A DNA stretch of 64,000 nt from Planctomycetaceae bacterium. GTDB taxonomy: Bacteria > Planctomycetota > Planctomycetia > Pirellulales > Thermoguttaceae. The position numbers were made by a program, and so were the translations under genes. Each line of letters starts with the position of its first letter. The first letter of the stretch is position 1. Where the stretch lies: the NCBI GenBank assembly GCA_009778035.1, contig WRKP01000003.1:26132-90131 (forward strand). The letters run 5' to 3'. Positions 60,845-64,000 of the stretch are shown one piece after another. The notes beneath the pieces are model-generated. The model had not been told where the DNA came from, ran no database searches, and saw nothing but the letters and a program-made list of their open reading frames with translations.

Positions 60845-61678
60845 TTAACCCAGCGCACTGCCCGAAAGGAAACTCTGCAAAGTCGCCGAATCAAGCGAAA
60901 ATGGGTCAAGTGTTCCCTCCGGCACGGCAGGCAACAAACGATTGTGCGGACACACACTTTGACACGTATCGCAACCCAAAAACCGACCACCCCGCTTTGC
61001 CGCAATCTCCGGCGGCAATTCGCCGTGGTGAATAAGCGTCCAATAACTCAAACAGTGCCGAGTGTCCAAAATATAAGCCTCCGCCAACGCTCCCGTCGGG
61101 CAAGCGTCGAGACACCGTCGACAATGGGTGCAAGGGGCAAACGATTCTGTTTGCGTCGTTGACTCCAACGGCTCCGTGGAGAGCAATGCACCGAGGAAAA
61201 ACTTTGAGCCAAATTGCGGATGAATGAGCAGCGTGTTTTTACCTACCGTACCCAGACCGGCTTCGGCGGCGTAGTGTTTTTCAAGGAACGGGGCTGTATC
61301 GACCGCGATTCGGCAACGGCCAGTGGGGAAAAATTCGCGGTGCTTGTCCGCTAACTTTTCGAGCCGACTGCGAATCCAGTGGTGATAATCGACACCGCGG
61401 GCATATTCGACGATGCCGTGTAATTGCTGGATGGGATGCGGTTCGCTGGTTAAAACTTTGGCATAGGAAACGCCGACCATCAGGATCGACTGCACGTCGG
61501 CCAGGAGGGATTTCGGGTGCTTTCGTGCTTCAAAATTCCGAACGAAGTGCTGCATTTCGGCGTGTTTTCCGGCTTGGAGCCAGCGTTCAAAAGCGTCGAA
61601 AAACTTTGGCGGTTCGGCTTTTGCAATTCCGCACAGTTCAAAGCCCAGCGATTTGGCGTCGTGTAGTAGTTGTTGCAT
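60845..61678 (-). CDS. queG: Epoxyqueuosine reductase QueG (short form)
   Basis: GFELCGIAKAEP...GKHAEMQHF and two ferredoxin-type clusters CTHCRRCLDACPTGAL ... CLSYWTLIHHG ... GCDTCQSVCPHN. Confidence 0.85.
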   Translation of the reverse strand: MQQLLHDAKSLGFELCGIAKAEPPKFFDAFERWLQAGKHAEMQHFVRNFEARKHPKSLLADVQSILMVGVSYAKVLTSEPHPIQQLHGIVEYARGVDYHHWIRSRLEKLADKHREFFPTGRCRIAVDTAPFLEKHYAAEAGLGTVGKNTLLIHPQFGSKFFLGALLSTEPLESTTQTESFAPCTHCRRCLDACPTGALAEAYILDTRHCLSYWTLIHHGELPPEIAAKRGGRFLGCDTCQSVCPHNRLLPAVPEGTLDPFSLDSATLQSFLSGSALG

Positions 61679-61684
61679 AGAAGT

Positions 61685-62428
61685 CTATTTTCCCGTCAAC
61701 GGGCCTCGCCGCGAGGCGTGCGTTCCGCTGTTGCGTTTGTGTTCCTTGCCTTGGATTCGCCGGTCGATAATGTTATCCAACCGCTCAAAATTTTCCTTCA
61801 AACAAAGTTGCAAAATGACACTCTCCGCAGTTTGCGTATGATAGGTTTTTAAGCACCGTAAGGCAATTTTCGTCATTAAATTGTAATGTCGGGCTTCACC
61901 GCGTTCTTCCGTCCATTTTGGGCCTTTGACGAGCAGCATTCGGTCAAAACTCGACCAACAAGGGGCGAAATGCCGAAGGAGCGATACCATTCGGGAGACG
62001 GCCCTAATTGTAAGCGTTGTAAAATGTCGGCCTTTTTCCAAGAGCAACGCATCTGCTTTTGTATGGTGGATCGGGATATTGATCCGTAATTCTTGCATCA
62101 TTTCGCTCACTGCCAGTGTTTTTTTGCCGGTGGAGTCGCAGAGTTCGATGTGCAAATCTGGCCGCAAAATTGCCAAAATGATACCAGGCACACCGCCGCC
62201 GGTTCCGACATCGAGGACCCGTTCGCCTTGCCGCAAAAACTCGGACAGTGCCAGGGAATCGACGACATCGCGGGCAACGAATTTTTCGTAATCGGTATGC
62301 CGGGTCAAATTGATTTTTTCGTTCCAATCCCAGAGCAGTTGAGCGTATTGATCGAGTTTGTTAATTTGAATTTTTGGCAGCGAGATGTTATGTTGTTTTA
62401 GGGAATCGGCCAGTGTTTGATGTGTCAT
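61685..62428 (-). CDS. rsmG: 16S rRNA (guanine527-N7)-methyltransferase RsmG
   Basis: LLWDWNEKINLTRHTDYEKFVARDVVDSL ... VLDVGTGGGVPGIILAI. Start taken at ATG 62428, which overlaps the upstream gene's TGA (ATGA). Confidence 0.85.
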   Translation of the reverse strand: MTHQTLADSLKQHNISLPKIQINKLDQYAQLLWDWNEKINLTRHTDYEKFVARDVVDSLALSEFLRQGERVLDVGTGGGVPGIILAILRPDLHIELCDSTGKKTLAVSEMMQELRINIPIHHTKADALLLEKGRHFTTLTIRAVSRMVSLLRHFAPCWSSFDRMLLVKGPKWTEERGEARHYNLMTKIALRCLKTYHTQTAESVILQLCLKENFERLDNIIDRRIQGKEHKRNSGTHASRRGPLTGK

Positions 62429-64000
62429 ATTGCCTGGGTTTCCATTTTTTCGGGAACGAAGGTTGAGCGGGAAAAAGAACGGGGCCATTGTATCATAAAC
62501 GGCGGGCACAATGTATGCAGTGGCCAACACGGAATGGGCTTGGCCTCTTGTCGGTCGGCTTCGCTGCCGCCCGTCGTTGTGAACCACACATTGTAGCCGA
62601 CGACGTGGCCGTCCGGCAAAACACCCGGGTCGCCGTTGGCGTCCAGCAGAATGCTGTGCCCGTTCAACTGGAGGTCAATCCTAAAATTGTCATTCCCGCT
62701 GAGGTAGCCCGGCTGACTCACCGTGATCTCGCTCAAAGTCGGTGTCGACAGTTCAAACGGGAGGGGAGCCGAAGTGGCTGCCGCGTAGTACCCCGGCTTA
62801 CTCGCATCTTCCTCACCGCCGATCGTCCAATAACCGGGAATGGTTTCCCCGTCTTCATCTTCGTCTTCAGGCACCCAGGTATCCACAACGGGCGCGACCC
62901 ATTCGCCGGGCGGCGAGTAAACTGCGTCACTCCCAGGACCCACCGCTACGACCCAGAAGTAGTACGTTTCCCCTTGTTCCAAGTCGGCTACGAACTTCAA
63001 GTTGGGAGCGCTGTCGGGAGATCGGGTTATAGTCGAGGTGTCCACTCCCTCGGCATCGGCGAAATTCTCCGTCGTCGAGGCGAAAAGTGTGTAGCGGGTC
63101 GGCGATTCCTGGCCCGCAAATCCACCGACCGCGTTCGTCCCAACCGGCTGGACATTCACGTTCGTCGTGATGGTGTACTTGCCAAGGTTCGGGTTGACAT
63201 TGCCGTTTTCGAGGAGTCGCTCGGTGTCGAGCGTAACCGTGAAGGGGTTCGCCGCGGCCTCGTTGGTCTCGATTATCGGCGGGACGGCATAGTAAAAAGG
63301 CACCGTGATATCCACTCCATCCGACGGCGCGAAGGTTACCACCGGCGGCGTGAACGTGATCTGATCCGGTTCGCCATCGCCATTTATATCTATTAGGTAG
63401 AGCACCCTGTTACCGTGGTACGTCATGCCGGTAATCCGGAAGACGCCCTCCGGCAGAGGACCCGCCGAGCCCGGAACGACCTGGAATTGGAAGTATTCTT
63501 TGCCATCAGTTGGATCTGTGTATACTGTCCCGGCTGGATCCAGTTTCACGAAGATATCGCCGAGGTGGTAACTCGTAACCCAGAAGGTAACATCCACGCC
63601 GGAGGGGAGGTTCAAATCGCTCGCGGTCGCCAAGCCGAGGCCTGCATCAAGCAGTCTGGGCTGGGAAACAACAGTTTCGCCCGTTGCCGGATCGGTATAC
63701 GACCAGTTCAGGTACGACATGAGTTCATTATTGTATGCATCCTGGCCAAGTTCGCTGCCCACCCGCAGTTCGACCGTCCACAGACCGGTTGTCGTATTTT
63801 GTACGAAGGTCGTGTTATTGGCATAGAAGGATGTCCCATTTTCCGGCAAGTTCTGGCCGGTATTGGCCGTGAAACTGAGGGTCAAGTCCCCCATCAAGCC
63901 GTATTCTGCGCCGGAACCATTCTCGTTTCCACCGGCAGTCGCTTGCAGGGTGAAAATATCCGAATCCGGAGCGGTAACGTGTTCCGCATCCCCCTGAACC
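62425..64000 (-). CDS. C-terminal part of a large secreted/surface protein with FN3/Ig-like repeats; 5' end lies outside the window
   Basis: The frame stays open through nt 64000 (..VQGDAEHVTAPDSDIFTLQATAGGNENGSGAEYG-LMGDLTLSF..). Contains beta-sandwich-like segments (GETYYFWVVAVGPGSDAVYSPPGEW). No catalytic motif recognised. Confidence 0.6.
   Translation of the reverse strand, partial: VQGDAEHVTAPDSDIFTLQATAGGNENGSGAEYGLMGDLTLSFTANTGQNLPENGTSFYANNTTFVQNTTTGLWTVELRVGSELGQDAYNNELMSYLNWSYTDPATGETVVSQPRLLDAGLGLATASDLNLPSGVDVTFWVTSYHLGDIFVKLDPAGTVYTDPTDGKEYFQFQVVPGSAGPLPEGVFRITGMTYHGNRVLYLIDINGDGEPDQITFTPPVVTFAPSDGVDITVPFYYAVPPIIETNEAAANPFTVTLDTERLLENGNVNPNLGKYTITTNVNVQPVGTNAVGGFAGQESPTRYTLFASTTENFADAEGVDTSTITRSPDSAPNLKFVADLEQGETYYFWVVAVGPGSDAVYSPPGEWVAPVVDTWVPEDEDEDGETIPGYWTIGGEEDASKPGYYAAATSAPLPFELSTPTLSEITVSQPGYLSGNDNFRIDLQLNGHSILLDANGDPGVLPDGHVVGYNVWFTTTGGSEADRQEAKPIPCWPLHTLCPPFMIQWPRSFSRSTFVPEKMETQAI

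Overview
64-kb chromosomal window, almost certainly from a member of the Planctomycetota. This is inferred from gene content only, since no database search was possible: two DUF1559 pilin-like genes with the [34 protein letters not shown]-terminus, DUF1573-like and DUF1598-like secreted proteins, and an FHA-GAF-PP2C regulator. I support about 46 protein genes, one frameshifted pseudogene and one tRNA-Gln(UUG). Most genes are scattered housekeeping functions without their usual operon partners (ppk1, miaA, prfA, ubiX, rplQ, larE, trpB, ilvN, pheA, rplE, lnt, queG, rsmG, sugar nucleotidyltransferases, an acyltransferase). Four things stand out. (1) An orphan 2,378-aa flagellin (8011-15147, minus) has canonical N and C termini flanking about 1,950 aa built from at least 13 degenerate IN-type repeat modules. 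(2) A type VI secretion core module (20437-26353, minus: tssBC-hcp-tssE-tssF-tssG) starts 225 bp from a tRNA-Gln. TssB and TssC are fused into one 660-aa sheath polypeptide, a TssJ-like lipoprotein gene is divergent, and no spike, membrane-complex, TssK, TssA or ClpV gene is in the window. (3) A G12 homopolymer sits between a well-formed promoter/SD/ATG and the body of a DUF1559 pilin-like gene and puts them out of frame. The divergent neighbour is a frameshifted beta-helix protein gene with a G7 tract at one of its breaks. (4) Intergenic DNA is saturated with at least four families of palindromic repeats. One family carries hairpin plus T-run ends at gene 3' ends, and one has left a half-copy inside a coding sequence. 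All family names come from motif recognition by eye. Gene starts are often uncertain, because Shine-Dalgarno sequences are frequently absent.
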